DNA from: Nitrospirales bacterium
Lineage (GTDB): Bacteria > Nitrospirota > Nitrospiria > Nitrospirales > UBA8639
Assembly (NCBI GenBank): GCA_965223295.1
Contig: CBDCWC010000002.1
Span: 96,001-160,000, forward strand
DNA length: 64,000 nucleotides
Reading direction: 5' to 3'
Shown here: in pieces, positions 40,528-50,371 of the stretch
Layout of the letters: every line of letters begins with the position of its first letter
How positions within the stretch are numbered: the first letter of the stretch is position 1
Notes under the pieces: generated by a model
The model's input: only the letters and a program-made list of their open reading frames with translations
Database searches by the model: none
What the model was told of the DNA's origin: nothing
Program-made: the position numbers and the translations under genes

Positions 40528-41427
40528 ATGAAATATTTCCAATCAGGGGAACGGATTCATCTCGTTGACAAGAAGGAGCGGCATTATGCCCTTACGTTAA
40601 AAGCCGGAGAAGTCTTTCAGCATAGTGGAGACCGTATTGCTCATGATGCCATTATCGGTCAACCTGATGGCACGGCTGTCGAGTTTTCTTCAAGCAAAGT
40701 CATGATCGCCATCTATCCAACCCTGGCCGAATATGCGGTAAAAATGCCAAGAGGGGCGCAGGTCATTTATCCAAAAGACCTCGCGATGATTCCGATGTGG
40801 GCCGATATTTATCCTGGTGCTAGAGTATTCGAATCGGGGGTAGGGTCGGGGGCACTTACTATGGCCCTGTTGCGAGCCGTGGGTGATCGAGGGTGTGTCG
40901 TCAGTTACGAAATACGAGAAGATTTTGCTGCCACAGCTACTAAAAATATTGAACGATTTATGGGAAAAACGCCTAATCATTTTTTGAAAGTTCGCGACGC
41001 CTATGAAGGCATTGAAATTGGCGAAGGCACGTCGGCTTGGTTTTTTGATCGAGTCGTTTTAGATATTCCTGAGCCATGGCAGGTTGTGCCTCATGCTGCC
41101 CGGGCTTTGCGGGCCGGCGGGATTTATCTGAGCTATGTGCCCACGATTCCACAAGTCATGCAAACTGTCCAAGCCATCGAAGAAAGCAGAGTGTTTACGT
41201 TCGTCAAGAATTTTGAGACTCTTCTCAGAACCTGGAATGTCAAAGGCCGTAGTGTGCGTCCCGATCATCGGATGGTGGCGCATTCAGGATTTATTACAGT
41301 CGCACGGAAAGTTGATACCCGTAAGTGGCAAGCTGGCGGGGTGGCTGAACAACATTCTCGAGAGAATTTCGATCATCAGTTCATCAAGGAGGATGAATGT
41401 CAAGAGCATGAATTAGAAACCCCCTGA
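40528..41427 (+). CDS. trmI: tRNA (adenine-58-N1)-methyltransferase (TrmI/GCD14 family)
   Basis: MPRGAQVIYPKD, ESGVGSGALT, LDIPEPW and RPDHRMVAHSGF motifs. Confidence 0.9.
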   Translation: MKYFQSGERIHLVDKKERHYALTLKAGEVFQHSGDRIAHDAIIGQPDGTAVEFSSSKVMIAIYPTLAEYAVKMPRGAQVIYPKDLAMIPMWADIYPGARVFESGVGSGALTMALLRAVGDRGCVVSYEIREDFAATATKNIERFMGKTPNHFLKVRDAYEGIEIGEGTSAWFFDRVVLDIPEPWQVVPHAARALRAGGIYLSYVPTIPQVMQTVQAIEESRVFTFVKNFETLLRTWNVKGRSVRPDHRMVAHSGFITVARKVDTRKWQAGGVAEQHSRENFDHQFIKEDECQEHELETP

Positions 41428-41463
41428 GCCCAATGTGGGTCAACTAGCAAAACTGGGATAAGT

Positions 41464-41841
41464 ATGAGTTCGTCCATTAAAACCATTCTGATTGCAGATG
41501 ATGATGAAGATCTCAGGCTGCTGGTACAGGTCACACTTGAACAGCCAACCTACCGCATTCTTACCGCCGCAGATGGTCCCCAAGCCTTAGATGCCGCGCA
41601 GCAACACCATCCCGATTTACTTGTTATTGATTGGATGATGCCTGGTCTGAACGGACGTGAAGTGATTACTCAACTTCGTCAACAGTCTGCAACGGCTACT
41701 ATTCCCATTATCATGCTCACAGCCAAAAGTGATCAAGAAGCTCGTGAGCAGATGGTCGTGTTCGCGTTAGTGGGGTACTTAGTCAAACCCTTTAGTCCGC
41801 TTGAACTAATTAAAAGAGTCAAAGAAGTGTTGGGTTCATGA
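41464..41841 (+). CDS. Response regulator (receiver)
   Basis: ILIADDD, IDWMMP, MLTAK and KPFSP motifs. Confidence 0.92.
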   Translation: MSSSIKTILIADDDEDLRLLVQVTLEQPTYRILTAADGPQALDAAQQHHPDLLVIDWMMPGLNGREVITQLRQQSATATIPIIMLTAKSDQEAREQMVVFALVGYLVKPFSPLELIKRVKEVLGS

Positions 41842-42725
41842 ATCTTAATATTTCTCAACCCCATGGAAAAGGCGGCCCGCGTCGTATAAAGAAAAAGTCT
41901 CTGCAATCCAGCGTCTCGCCACTAGAGGACAGCTCTTTGCAAGCAGCTCGTTCTCAATTGATGGTGTATGCCCAAGATTTCAAACAGTTGTTGGAAAAAG
42001 AGGAGAAAAAAACCCAAAAGCTTCAACAAGCGCATGGACAACTACTCTCCTATGCCAAGGATCTAAAAGTTGCTCTAGAGGCAGAACAGCAAAAAAATAG
42101 CGAGTTAGAGCAGGCCTATACGGATACCATAATGCGGTTGGCCAGGGCTTCACGCTATAAAGACGAAGAAACGGGTGCGCATATTGTACGGCTGAGTCAT
42201 TATTCTCAATCGATCGCCTTGTTTGTGGGGTGGGATCAGCAGAGGGCACAAGGGTTGTTTGCTATTGCCCCAATGCATGATGTGGGAAAAATTGGTGTGC
42301 CGGATGCTGTATTGGGAAAGCAAGGGCCTTTGACAGAAGAGGAATGGGAAGCCATAAAATTGCATCCGTTGTTGGGGGCCAGTTTGTTGAGTGGCTCGGC
42401 GTCACCGCTATTGGAAATGGCTCGAGAGGTGGCTTTAACTCATCATGAGCGATGGGATGGGACCGGCTACCCGTGTGGATTGCGAGGGAAACAAATTCCC
42501 ATTACCGGGAGAATTGTGATGCTCTGTGATCTGTATGATGCCCTACGCAGCCAGCGCCCCTATAAACCTGCTTTTTCGCATAAAAAAGCTGTGGATATTA
42601 TGCTCAATGGAAATGACCGCACAAAGCCGACGCATTTCGATCCAAAATTATTAGAAGCCTTTAGAGAAATGCACCACCAATTTGACGAAATATTTTTGAC
42701 AGTCACAGATTCCACAGAACTTTAA
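41838..42725 (+). CDS. HD-GYP phosphodiesterase
   Basis: ETGAHIVR, MHDVGKIG, HHERWDGTGYP and RPYK motifs. Overlaps the receiver gene by 4 nt. Confidence 0.93.
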   Translation: MNLNISQPHGKGGPRRIKKKSLQSSVSPLEDSSLQAARSQLMVYAQDFKQLLEKEEKKTQKLQQAHGQLLSYAKDLKVALEAEQQKNSELEQAYTDTIMRLARASRYKDEETGAHIVRLSHYSQSIALFVGWDQQRAQGLFAIAPMHDVGKIGVPDAVLGKQGPLTEEEWEAIKLHPLLGASLLSGSASPLLEMAREVALTHHERWDGTGYPCGLRGKQIPITGRIVMLCDLYDALRSQRPYKPAFSHKKAVDIMLNGNDRTKPTHFDPKLLEAFREMHHQFDEIFLTVTDSTEL

Positions 42726-42744
42726 CGCCCTATCCGCAGAAGGT

Positions 42745-43164
42745 TTATCGAGGGTTTTCAATGGGATATCGGGCTTCTGCCCACGCGTTCATACTGCCTT
42801 CAACATTGTAGACATTTTTATACCCCAAACTCATCAGCGTTTCTGCGGCAATATTGCTGCGATGCCCTGATTGGCAGTACACCACTACGTGGCTGTCTAG
42901 TTCAGCACCTAACTCCTGATGCCGGTTTTGAATGTCCCGAAAATCAATATTGAAATCAGTGCCAGGGATGAATCCACCTTGATGTTCATCTGGTGAACGA
43001 ACATCGATGAGCACAAACCCTTTTTGACTCGGTTGCGCGGCCTTGTCCATACTGGCCTTCAATTGTTGAACCGTTAACAGGTACGGCTCGGCATACGTTG
43101 GGTGAGGTGTCGAAACGACAAAGGCCAAAAGAAGAAAGAATGTGGAAAAGGCTATGCGTGCCAT
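42745..43164 (-). CDS. Exported rhodanese-like protein
   Basis: Signal peptide, LIDVRSPDE and VVYCQSGHRS motifs. Confidence 0.9.
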   Translation of the reverse strand: MARIAFSTFFLLLAFVVSTPHPTYAEPYLLTVQQLKASMDKAAQPSQKGFVLIDVRSPDEHQGGFIPGTDFNIDFRDIQNRHQELGAELDSHVVVYCQSGHRSNIAAETLMSLGYKNVYNVEGSMNAWAEARYPIENPR

Positions 43165-43309
43165 GATTTCACTCCTTCATGCAAGGGAGATTGACTCAAT
43201 ATTAGTGTAGAAACACAGGCATTGTCTGTATAAAATTGTATGTCTCATTGAAAGACATGGTCAAGCTTGAGCTGGTGTGAAGATTTAGGTAAGGGAGGTG
43301 TTCGAGAAT

Positions 43310-43885
43310 TTACGGTGAGGAAGGAACTGTCCGTTTTAAATCATCAAGGCTGAGCAGGGAGAAAAGCGTCAGGTCTTGTTGTGTAAGGTTTTGGTGTTGG
43401 TTTGTTTCTGAGCGATCGACGATTACGAACGCATGATTGACCTGTAGGCCTTGATTGCGGGCCGCATCTGTAGCTTTGAGGAGTGAGCCTCCGGTCGTGA
43501 GGACATCATCTACCACGACAGCCTCTTCGCCTGGATCAAATGTGCCTTCTATTAGTTTGCCTAAACCATGATCTTTGGGTTGCTTGCGGACAACGAATGT
43601 GCGCCATTCTTGTTTCGGGTTAGCCGAAAATGCACAGTCTGAAATACTCGTAGCAAGAGGGATCGCGCCAATTTCCAACCCGCCAATCAATTGAAAATCC
43701 TGGTCTTTGAGCAGTTCAAATGCTAGTTGGGCGACGAGGTGACGAGAGTAGGGGTGAGCCAATATAATACGGCAGTCCACATAGTACGGGCTGATTTTTC
43801 CTGATGCCAAACGGAAGCCGTCTTGGCTGTTCCATTTAAAGGCTTCAAGATCATGAAAGGCTTGGAGCAGCGCGTCTTTGGACAT
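43310..43885 (-). CDS. pyrE: Orotate phosphoribosyltransferase
   Basis: F.LASGK.SPYYVDCR, RKQPKDHG, VVDDVLTTGGS PRPP loop. Confidence 0.93.
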   Translation of the reverse strand: MSKDALLQAFHDLEAFKWNSQDGFRLASGKISPYYVDCRIILAHPYSRHLVAQLAFELLKDQDFQLIGGLEIGAIPLATSISDCAFSANPKQEWRTFVVRKQPKDHGLGKLIEGTFDPGEEAVVVDDVLTTGGSLLKATDAARNQGLQVNHAFVIVDRSETNQHQNLTQQDLTLFSLLSLDDLKRTVPSSP

Positions 43886-44060
43886 TAGTCAATAGTCAGA
43901 TAGAAATAGCAAGATTTGTTTAAACCGTTAGCGGTGAGGTTCTACCATTACGACTTTCGAAACTGCAAGGCAACATCGTGGAATATTTAGATAGTTCGAA
44001 AATAATTTATGTACACAGTATCGATTGATCTAAGCTTACGAGTAAAAAGGAGTCAGGGCC

Positions 44061-44918
44061 ATGTACAAAGTCAAGAAGCGGCCGATAAAAAAAGAGAAAG
44101 CCCCGGTTCTCTATAACATTCTCGAGAACTATACGGACCACGATCCTCCCGGGAATGTCATGGTCTGTGCCATGACCGGTGCAGTTAATCTCGCCATGCG
44201 CACGAAGGTGCTTTCTGAGAGTTATGATATCCCTCAAGACACGGTGGAACGCCTACTGGCCGAGGGTGGCGTCTTTCTCTATCCACAAGATGGTCTCCTG
44301 GTCACAAAAGGCGCGTTTGTGTCCAAGGTCGATGCAACTGGGAAAGAACCCACGCAAACTTGGGTCATGGATGTTGAGCAATATGCGGCGGCCGAACGGT
44401 TGCGACAAAGTTATGGAGTATCACTCGAAGAGGCCATGGAGCGTGTGTTTTATCGTGGGTTGCCGCAAGAATTGCAAGATCGCCTTAAGAAGCCAAATTT
44501 AGACTTAGACTATGCTACGCTGGAATCAGCGGCCGCTGCTGGCGGCGATATCCGGTATATCGATTTTAGAAAAGATTGGTCCCCGCATTTTAAGCGTAAA
44601 TGCGTCATGCCAGATGGACGTCTCATTGAAACCAGCGGCTTGGAAGATTTTGCTGAATTGCATGGCACCACAGTGGAGGATGCCCGTACGCTCCTGGATC
44701 ATGGAGGAACGTTAGAGTTAAAAGATCTAGGAGTGTTGGCCTGTCAAATTATCAATGGACAACCTTCCGTCGCTCGTTTCAATGTACGGCAGTACAAGAA
44801 AGCCAAAGCCTTAGTCAAAGAAAAAGAGCTTCATCTATTAGATGCCCTCAGTGAAGTGGCCTATCAAGATCCCATCCTTATGCGCGCCCTCAGCAAAGCC
44901 GACACCTCTTCCTCCTGA
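44061..44918 (+). CDS. Hypothetical protein with internal duplication
   Basis: RBS AAGGAG and a long ORF with two related halves. No family recognised. Confidence 0.75.
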   Translation: MYKVKKRPIKKEKAPVLYNILENYTDHDPPGNVMVCAMTGAVNLAMRTKVLSESYDIPQDTVERLLAEGGVFLYPQDGLLVTKGAFVSKVDATGKEPTQTWVMDVEQYAAAERLRQSYGVSLEEAMERVFYRGLPQELQDRLKKPNLDLDYATLESAAAAGGDIRYIDFRKDWSPHFKRKCVMPDGRLIETSGLEDFAELHGTTVEDARTLLDHGGTLELKDLGVLACQIINGQPSVARFNVRQYKKAKALVKEKELHLLDALSEVAYQDPILMRALSKADTSSS

Positions 44919-45084
44919 GGCCCATGTTTGAAATCGTCAATTTTGTTTTTGACTTACTGTCGAGCTTCTGTTCCTCCTATTTGTAAGAGGAGGATTAAAG
45001 TGGGTAGAGTCATGCTCATGTCCAGTGGTTGGTCTGGCTATCGTCAATGACATAAGTGGCGAAGTATTTTTGTCTTTGTGAGTT

Positions 45085-45272
45085 ACCGAGTTCCGGCCTG
45101 ACAGTCGAGCCACTTTTGTTTCGGCAAAAGTGGCCAAAACTATTGACGCCCAGTCCGTCTACATTTGATTGGATGGACGCAAGGCATGGAAAGGTGGACC
45201 ATCTCGCTTTGCTCAGACAAGGTCCACCGATTGCTAGGAGCACCCATCCATGGGGACGGACTGCAGGCGTCG
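45085..45272. ncRNA. Uncharacterised structured repeat, copy 2
   Basis: Same stems and conserved linkers as 33063-33244. Confidence 0.55.
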
Positions 45273-45307
45273 GATGCTGGAAGGTTTAAATCTTTTGAGG
45301 CCATATT

Positions 45308-45327
45308 CCCCGCTGCTTGCGGCGGGG
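45308..45327. repeat. GC-rich REP-like hairpin
   Basis: CCCCGCTGC-TT-GCGGCGGGG. Confidence 0.5.
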
Positions 45328-45346
45328 ATCATTTATTGGCGTAACT

Positions 45347-45766
45347 CTAGGTTTTAATATTAACGTTTGCTGATTTTGCCAGAACGATAATCTCTGATCC
45401 AGATTGAAATAAGAATGAGCATTTCCAATTTACATCAGGTGTTTTATCAGTCCAAACCTGATTGACACACCAATCTTTATCTAAAAGTTACTCAAAACTG
45501 ATAAGACAATCATCTTCTGAAAACGGCATTGTAGGATTTCTTGGTTTTACTTCAAGATGATAGGCATCTGATATTCTTAACGAAATAAAGTGCGACAGAA
45601 AAAGGTTTACCCAATCTCCAGTTCCTCTTTGCCATTCGAGTGTAATTAACTTTTCCCTGATAGCGTAACTAAATTTATGGAAATCGTAATCATTGTGAAG
45701 ATCATATTCCTGTGAATCTTTTTTCAAATAAATGCTGTCAGGCCAAGAAAAGTTATTCGTAACCAT
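45347..45766 (-). pseudogene. AT-rich hypothetical gene interrupted by an in-frame stop
   Basis: MVTNNFS...EDDCLISFE*(45488-45490) continues in frame as LLDKDWCVNQVW...FLFQSGSEIIVLAKSANVNIKT* to 45347. Confidence 0.6.
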
Positions 45767-45976
45767 CGTGGACTCCTTCAAGAGTAGGCGATTAGGTGCA
45801 TGTTTTCTCTAGAATAAAGCGCTGTGGTTCAGCTCTATCCGTAATTTTCATTCGGCTTTTTGGGAAAGTTGTCCTCTGAAATGCTGAATTAGATCAATAG
45901 TCTATGATTTATGCTATTTGATTTTCGAAGTTAATAGCACGTCAAGACTCTTGATTTAACAACAGCCTCTTTCTTT

Positions 45977-46774
45977 CTATTTCATATTTCTGACTAATGG
46001 TGGTTTTACGGCTTTGGCGGCTAGGGCCATGGCGAGGGGGTGGGGGATGATCTTGCTGAACCAGTGGGCGAGGCGACCTTGCCAGCCTATGGTTACGACG
46101 GTGCGTTTGGATTGGAGAGCCTGCAGCGAGGTTTGGACAACTTGTTGCGGGGATTGTGCCGATAGGGCGTGATTGGGTTTGTGTCCGGCAGTTTGATGGA
46201 AATCCGTGTCGGTATAGCCAGGACAACAGACTTGTATGGTGATGCCTTGGTCCTGTGTTTCCCTTGCCAGCCCTTCTGAAAAAGTAATAAGAAAGGCTTT
46301 GGTGGCGGCGTATTCCGTCATATAGGGAATAGGGAAAAATCCGGCCACAGATGCGACGGTAATGATGGCGCCTTGTTTGCGATCCTGCATGGCCGGCAAA
46401 AATAGTCGAATGCTTTCTACGATCGTGTTGATATGCAATAGAAGCATATTTTGAATGCTTGCCATTGGCATATCGGCAAATTCCCCATAGCGTCCAAACC
46501 CCGCATTATTGATCAAAAGTGAAACCTCTGATCCATAAGACTGGGCCAGTGCATGCAATCTTTCTGCGGCTTGAGGTTGGCTCAGATCTAGTGATTCCAC
46601 CCAGATCGTACCGTGGGATAGAGCCTGCAGTTCCGTCTGCAATGTCTTGAGACGTACCTTATCTCGTCCAATAAGGAGGAGATCATAGTCTTGACTTGCG
46701 AGAGTTCTGGCATATTCCGCTCCAATCCCTCGAGAGGCGCCGGTAATGACTGCAAATGGTTGCATCTGATTCAT
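45977..46774 (-). CDS. Short-chain dehydrogenase/reductase
   Basis: TGASRGIG, LINNAGFG and YAATK motifs. Confidence 0.93.
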   Translation of the reverse strand: MNQMQPFAVITGASRGIGAEYARTLASQDYDLLLIGRDKVRLKTLQTELQALSHGTIWVESLDLSQPQAAERLHALAQSYGSEVSLLINNAGFGRYGEFADMPMASIQNMLLLHINTIVESIRLFLPAMQDRKQGAIITVASVAGFFPIPYMTEYAATKAFLITFSEGLARETQDQGITIQVCCPGYTDTDFHQTAGHKPNHALSAQSPQQVVQTSLQALQSKRTVVTIGWQGRLAHWFSKIIPHPLAMALAAKAVKPPLVRNMK

Positions 46775-47031
46775 CTCCTTTCTTTCTCTCTCATGTCTCG
46801 CAGTATATCTGGTGAGCTTCTCTCAAGGTAGTTGTCGAGAACAAGGAGCACAAATTTTCCAAAAACAGCATGTATTTTTTGCACGGCCATGATGCAAATG
46901 GGCTGAAAATATTAAGAATTTATTAGTTTCTTCCGAATACTTCTCTCAGGTGCCAATCAGATGGATTCCCACTCAGGGGTGGGATCACGTGTGTGCGAGG
47001 AGAGTCTTCCCAAAAATGATGACAAAGGAAT

Positions 47032-47910
47032 GTGAGTGCCATGTCTGATTCATACGAGGTTGAATCGGCTACCAGTCTATTGGATTGTGCTGATCCCCAG
47101 ACTTCTCCGCCAGTTCCGTCCCAAACGGGAAGCCTGGAACAGGCCTTAGCCGATATTGAAGAACAAGCGGCCGAATTAGTGAAAACGACCAAGCAAGTGA
47201 TGGCGTCGTTTAAAAAAATAAAAGATGCGGCCAAAGTGGGCGATTTGGTGAAGCTTCGTAAACTACTGGAGGAAGGCAAGACGGCAACGTTGAATTTGGG
47301 CTGTGATTTCGTCAAAACGCAAGAACGTCTGAACTTTGATGAAGCCAGTTATTTGGCTGGAAAAGCCTTTCGTCAAGAACTCCTTTCTACCGCCCAACAA
47401 ATGGGGGTAAACCTTTATGAACATGATGAATTTTTGTTTTCGTATCCAGTTCTTTTGAAAATCCTGCATGAGGAGAGAGCTGTCTCCATTGATCGTATGC
47501 GCGAAAGCCGGTTGCGCCCATCCGTACTCGTGAAACGCCTCAAAGAAGTTCAAAATAAGCCGTTGCGCTTTAAGCCCAAGACGTTTTTAGAAATGCTCTA
47601 TACGGCCTATGCGATTGTCGTTGCGGGTCGTGGGAAACACTTAATTGGAAAGGGGACGGTGATTCCGCTCCTTGAACTCTATCAATTGTTAACGCTTTTG
47701 CCTTGGCAGGCCAGTGAATATACACGACAGGAGTTTGGACGTGATGTGTATTTACTCGATAAAAGTGGAACTATCGCGACGAAAAATCACTATCGGGCAA
47801 ACTTCCATGCCAGTACTGGGGTTCGGGATGTTTCAAAAACCTTAACGGTGATTGCGCAAGGTGGACGAGAAAAAACCTATTATGGGATTTCATTTGTGAA
47901 AGCAAGCTAA
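47032..47910 (+). CDS. Hypothetical protein leading the double-DUF2791 cluster
   Basis: N-terminal helical/coiled-coil region and C-terminal globular region (LYQLLTLLP...YTRQEFGRDVYLL). Co-oriented, 82 bp before the first ATPase. Confidence 0.75.
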   Translation: MSAMSDSYEVESATSLLDCADPQTSPPVPSQTGSLEQALADIEEQAAELVKTTKQVMASFKKIKDAAKVGDLVKLRKLLEEGKTATLNLGCDFVKTQERLNFDEASYLAGKAFRQELLSTAQQMGVNLYEHDEFLFSYPVLLKILHEERAVSIDRMRESRLRPSVLVKRLKEVQNKPLRFKPKTFLEMLYTAYAIVVAGRGKHLIGKGTVIPLLELYQLLTLLPWQASEYTRQEFGRDVYLLDKSGTIATKNHYRANFHASTGVRDVSKTLTVIAQGGREKTYYGISFVKAS

Positions 47911-47992
47911 CGACGGTGAGCATGTTATTTAAGTTTCCCTAGGGAGAACCGACAAGAGGAAACAGCATAAAAGGATTATTGAGGAAAAATTT

Positions 47993-50269
47993 ATGGCACC
48001 ACAGGAATGGCTCAACGTTCTGAAAGTTGCATACCTTCAAGGGTTTATCCGTCGTGGGGGTTCGGCGGTGAAGTTTGCAGTTGTCGAGGAAGCTTCCGAC
48101 ACGAAGTCGGTAGTTTCTGGCATTGAGGAAATCGCCCGAGAGGAAGGCTTTCTCACACTGGCTGCCGATTCCCGTAAGACCAAGGTGCAGCTGATAGATC
48201 TCTTGTTTCAAGAAATGGCGAGACGGATTGATTGGGAGGGGCTGGCCTTCGAATTCATGAAAAAGCTGTTTCATGATCATGAATGTCAGATTCCTGAACA
48301 GCGGGAAGAATGTAGCTGGCAAAGTGTGGCGTCGCTCAATAATTCTGATGAGTCTACTTTGAAACGCGATGTGAACTCCTGGCTTGAACGTGCGTTGTTT
48401 CAAGATTTTCAGATGAGCCGGGAATTTCGTTTAGCGATGATCCAGTTTTGCCTGGCGCAGATTGATGAGGTTACACGACAATCAAAAGAAGCCAATGCCA
48501 TTCGATCATGGCTTTGTGGCGAGTTGAAACAAATGTCTGTTCTCAGGAAATTATTGATCTTCCAGAAAGTCAATCGCAGCACGGCTCGTGATTTGATTGC
48601 CTCGTTTACGCATTGGGTGCGTCTTATCGGCAAGCCAGGTGTGGTCTTAACTATTGATATTTCGGCTTTTATGGACTCAAAAAAGAAAGACACGAATTCG
48701 CTGAATTATACGCCGTCTGCCGTCATGGATGCTTATGAAATGTTACGGCAATTTATCGATGGCAGTGATGATATGGAAGGGCTGTTGCTCGTTGTCGTGA
48801 CCCCGAAGAAATTTTTAACTGACCAGCGGTTAGGCCTCAATCGTTATGAAGCGTTGAAGCTTCGGATATGGGACGATGTACGAGATAGGTTTCGGGCAAA
48901 CCCGTTTGCGCCAATGGTTCGGCTCTTTGAGCAGGCTGAACAGTTTGGAGACAGCTCCGCGTTAGGGCGTGTGGGTAGCCGACAGGATGATGTTCAGCAT
49001 CAACAGGTGATTGAGTCGCTGCGGGCTGGAGTGCCCAGTCCAGGGGCAGTGAAAGCCCTGGGCTGTTCTCAACCAACCGTCAAATCCAAATTTCAGCAAA
49101 TGCTGCAGGATGCGGAAGCCAGTATTCATAAGGGCTGGACGACGCAGGGTCTGCTCATTGAAGGGGGATTCGGGACAGGCAAGTCACATTTATTAGAATC
49201 GCTTCGGCATATGGCTCTCGACTCAAATTTCGTGTGCAGCAAAGTGGTGATTAGTAAAGAAACCCCGCTCTATAGCCCGGCGTTGATGTTTCGTGCGGCG
49301 ATGGGCGCAGCCAATATTCCCCAGAAACGAGGCGATGCTCTAGCCGAAGTAGCAGGTGATTTGAATTTCAAGAGCCCTCAATATGCGGAATTTTACGAAT
49401 GGGTCCATCGTCAAGGTGGAGAAATTGATGGGCGGTTTGCCGCCACGTTGTTTCTGTACGAACGAATGGTCAATGATCCTGAATTGAGTCATCGAATCCT
49501 TCGCTATTGGGCAGGTGACCCAATGACTGATGCCGAAATTAAACGGTATCTGAAATCCTGTGATCCCAATGTGTCGTATCGGTTTGAACGGGTCTCACCG
49601 ATGGAAATGGCCTTGCAGCGGTTTAAATTTGTCTCACGGTTGATGATAGCTGCGGGGTATTCCGGGTGGATTTTACTCATTGACGAAGCAGAAATCGTTG
49701 GCCGGTATTCCTTTAGGCAGCGGGCTCAATCCTACGCGGAGTTAGCACGATGGCTAGGACGTTTAGAAGCATCGAGTTTTGCTGATCTGGGTTATAAGTC
49801 GGGGTTAGCTGCTGTGATGGCGTTAACCGATGATTTCCAAAGCGCTATTTTGGATGAAAAAGGAGACCGCGAAAAAGTTCCGGAGAAGTTACGCGAAACC
49901 GGATCGGAAACGGATTTGGTGCTGGGTCGTCAAGCTGAACAAGGTATGCGATTGATCGAGTGCGAAAGGATTCCTTTGGTTGGTCCCTATGATCAGTTGG
50001 TAGAAGATATCTATCACAAAATTCGTGCAATTCATGGTGCGGCATATGGTTGGGAACCTCCACAAGTGCCAACAATTGAGCGGCTATCCAGCACACGAAT
50101 GCGTGAGTATGTGAAAGGGTGGATTACTGAGTGGGATTTGAAACGACTCGATCCGAATCAGAAAGTTGATATTGAATTGACGGAGATTAAACAGGATTAT
50201 TCAGAGGATATTGAATTAGAAGGTTTGCAGGAAGAAGTTCGGCAACCTGCTCTGACGGAGTTTCCGTAA
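47993..50269 (+). CDS. Fused double DUF2791/BrxD-like P-loop protein (paralogue 2)
   Basis: ESLRAGVP, GGFGTGKS, ILLIDEAE. N-domain without P-loop, with RYEALKLRIWD. Confidence 0.8.
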   Translation: MAPQEWLNVLKVAYLQGFIRRGGSAVKFAVVEEASDTKSVVSGIEEIAREEGFLTLAADSRKTKVQLIDLLFQEMARRIDWEGLAFEFMKKLFHDHECQIPEQREECSWQSVASLNNSDESTLKRDVNSWLERALFQDFQMSREFRLAMIQFCLAQIDEVTRQSKEANAIRSWLCGELKQMSVLRKLLIFQKVNRSTARDLIASFTHWVRLIGKPGVVLTIDISAFMDSKKKDTNSLNYTPSAVMDAYEMLRQFIDGSDDMEGLLLVVVTPKKFLTDQRLGLNRYEALKLRIWDDVRDRFRANPFAPMVRLFEQAEQFGDSSALGRVGSRQDDVQHQQVIESLRAGVPSPGAVKALGCSQPTVKSKFQQMLQDAEASIHKGWTTQGLLIEGGFGTGKSHLLESLRHMALDSNFVCSKVVISKETPLYSPALMFRAAMGAANIPQKRGDALAEVAGDLNFKSPQYAEFYEWVHRQGGEIDGRFAATLFLYERMVNDPELSHRILRYWAGDPMTDAEIKRYLKSCDPNVSYRFERVSPMEMALQRFKFVSRLMIAAGYSGWILLIDEAEIVGRYSFRQRAQSYAELARWLGRLEASSFADLGYKSGLAAVMALTDDFQSAILDEKGDREKVPEKLRETGSETDLVLGRQAEQGMRLIECERIPLVGPYDQLVEDIYHKIRAIHGAAYGWEPPQVPTIERLSSTRMREYVKGWITEWDLKRLDPNQKVDIELTEIKQDYSEDIELEGLQEEVRQPALTEFP

Positions 50270-50371
50270 TGGCTTCTTCGCGTAGGCTTGACTAGGCTTT
50301 ATGCCGATGGAAGCAGGTTCCAAACAGGCGTCAAATAGGCATTCCCCAACAACATGTAAAGGATAGGTGTT

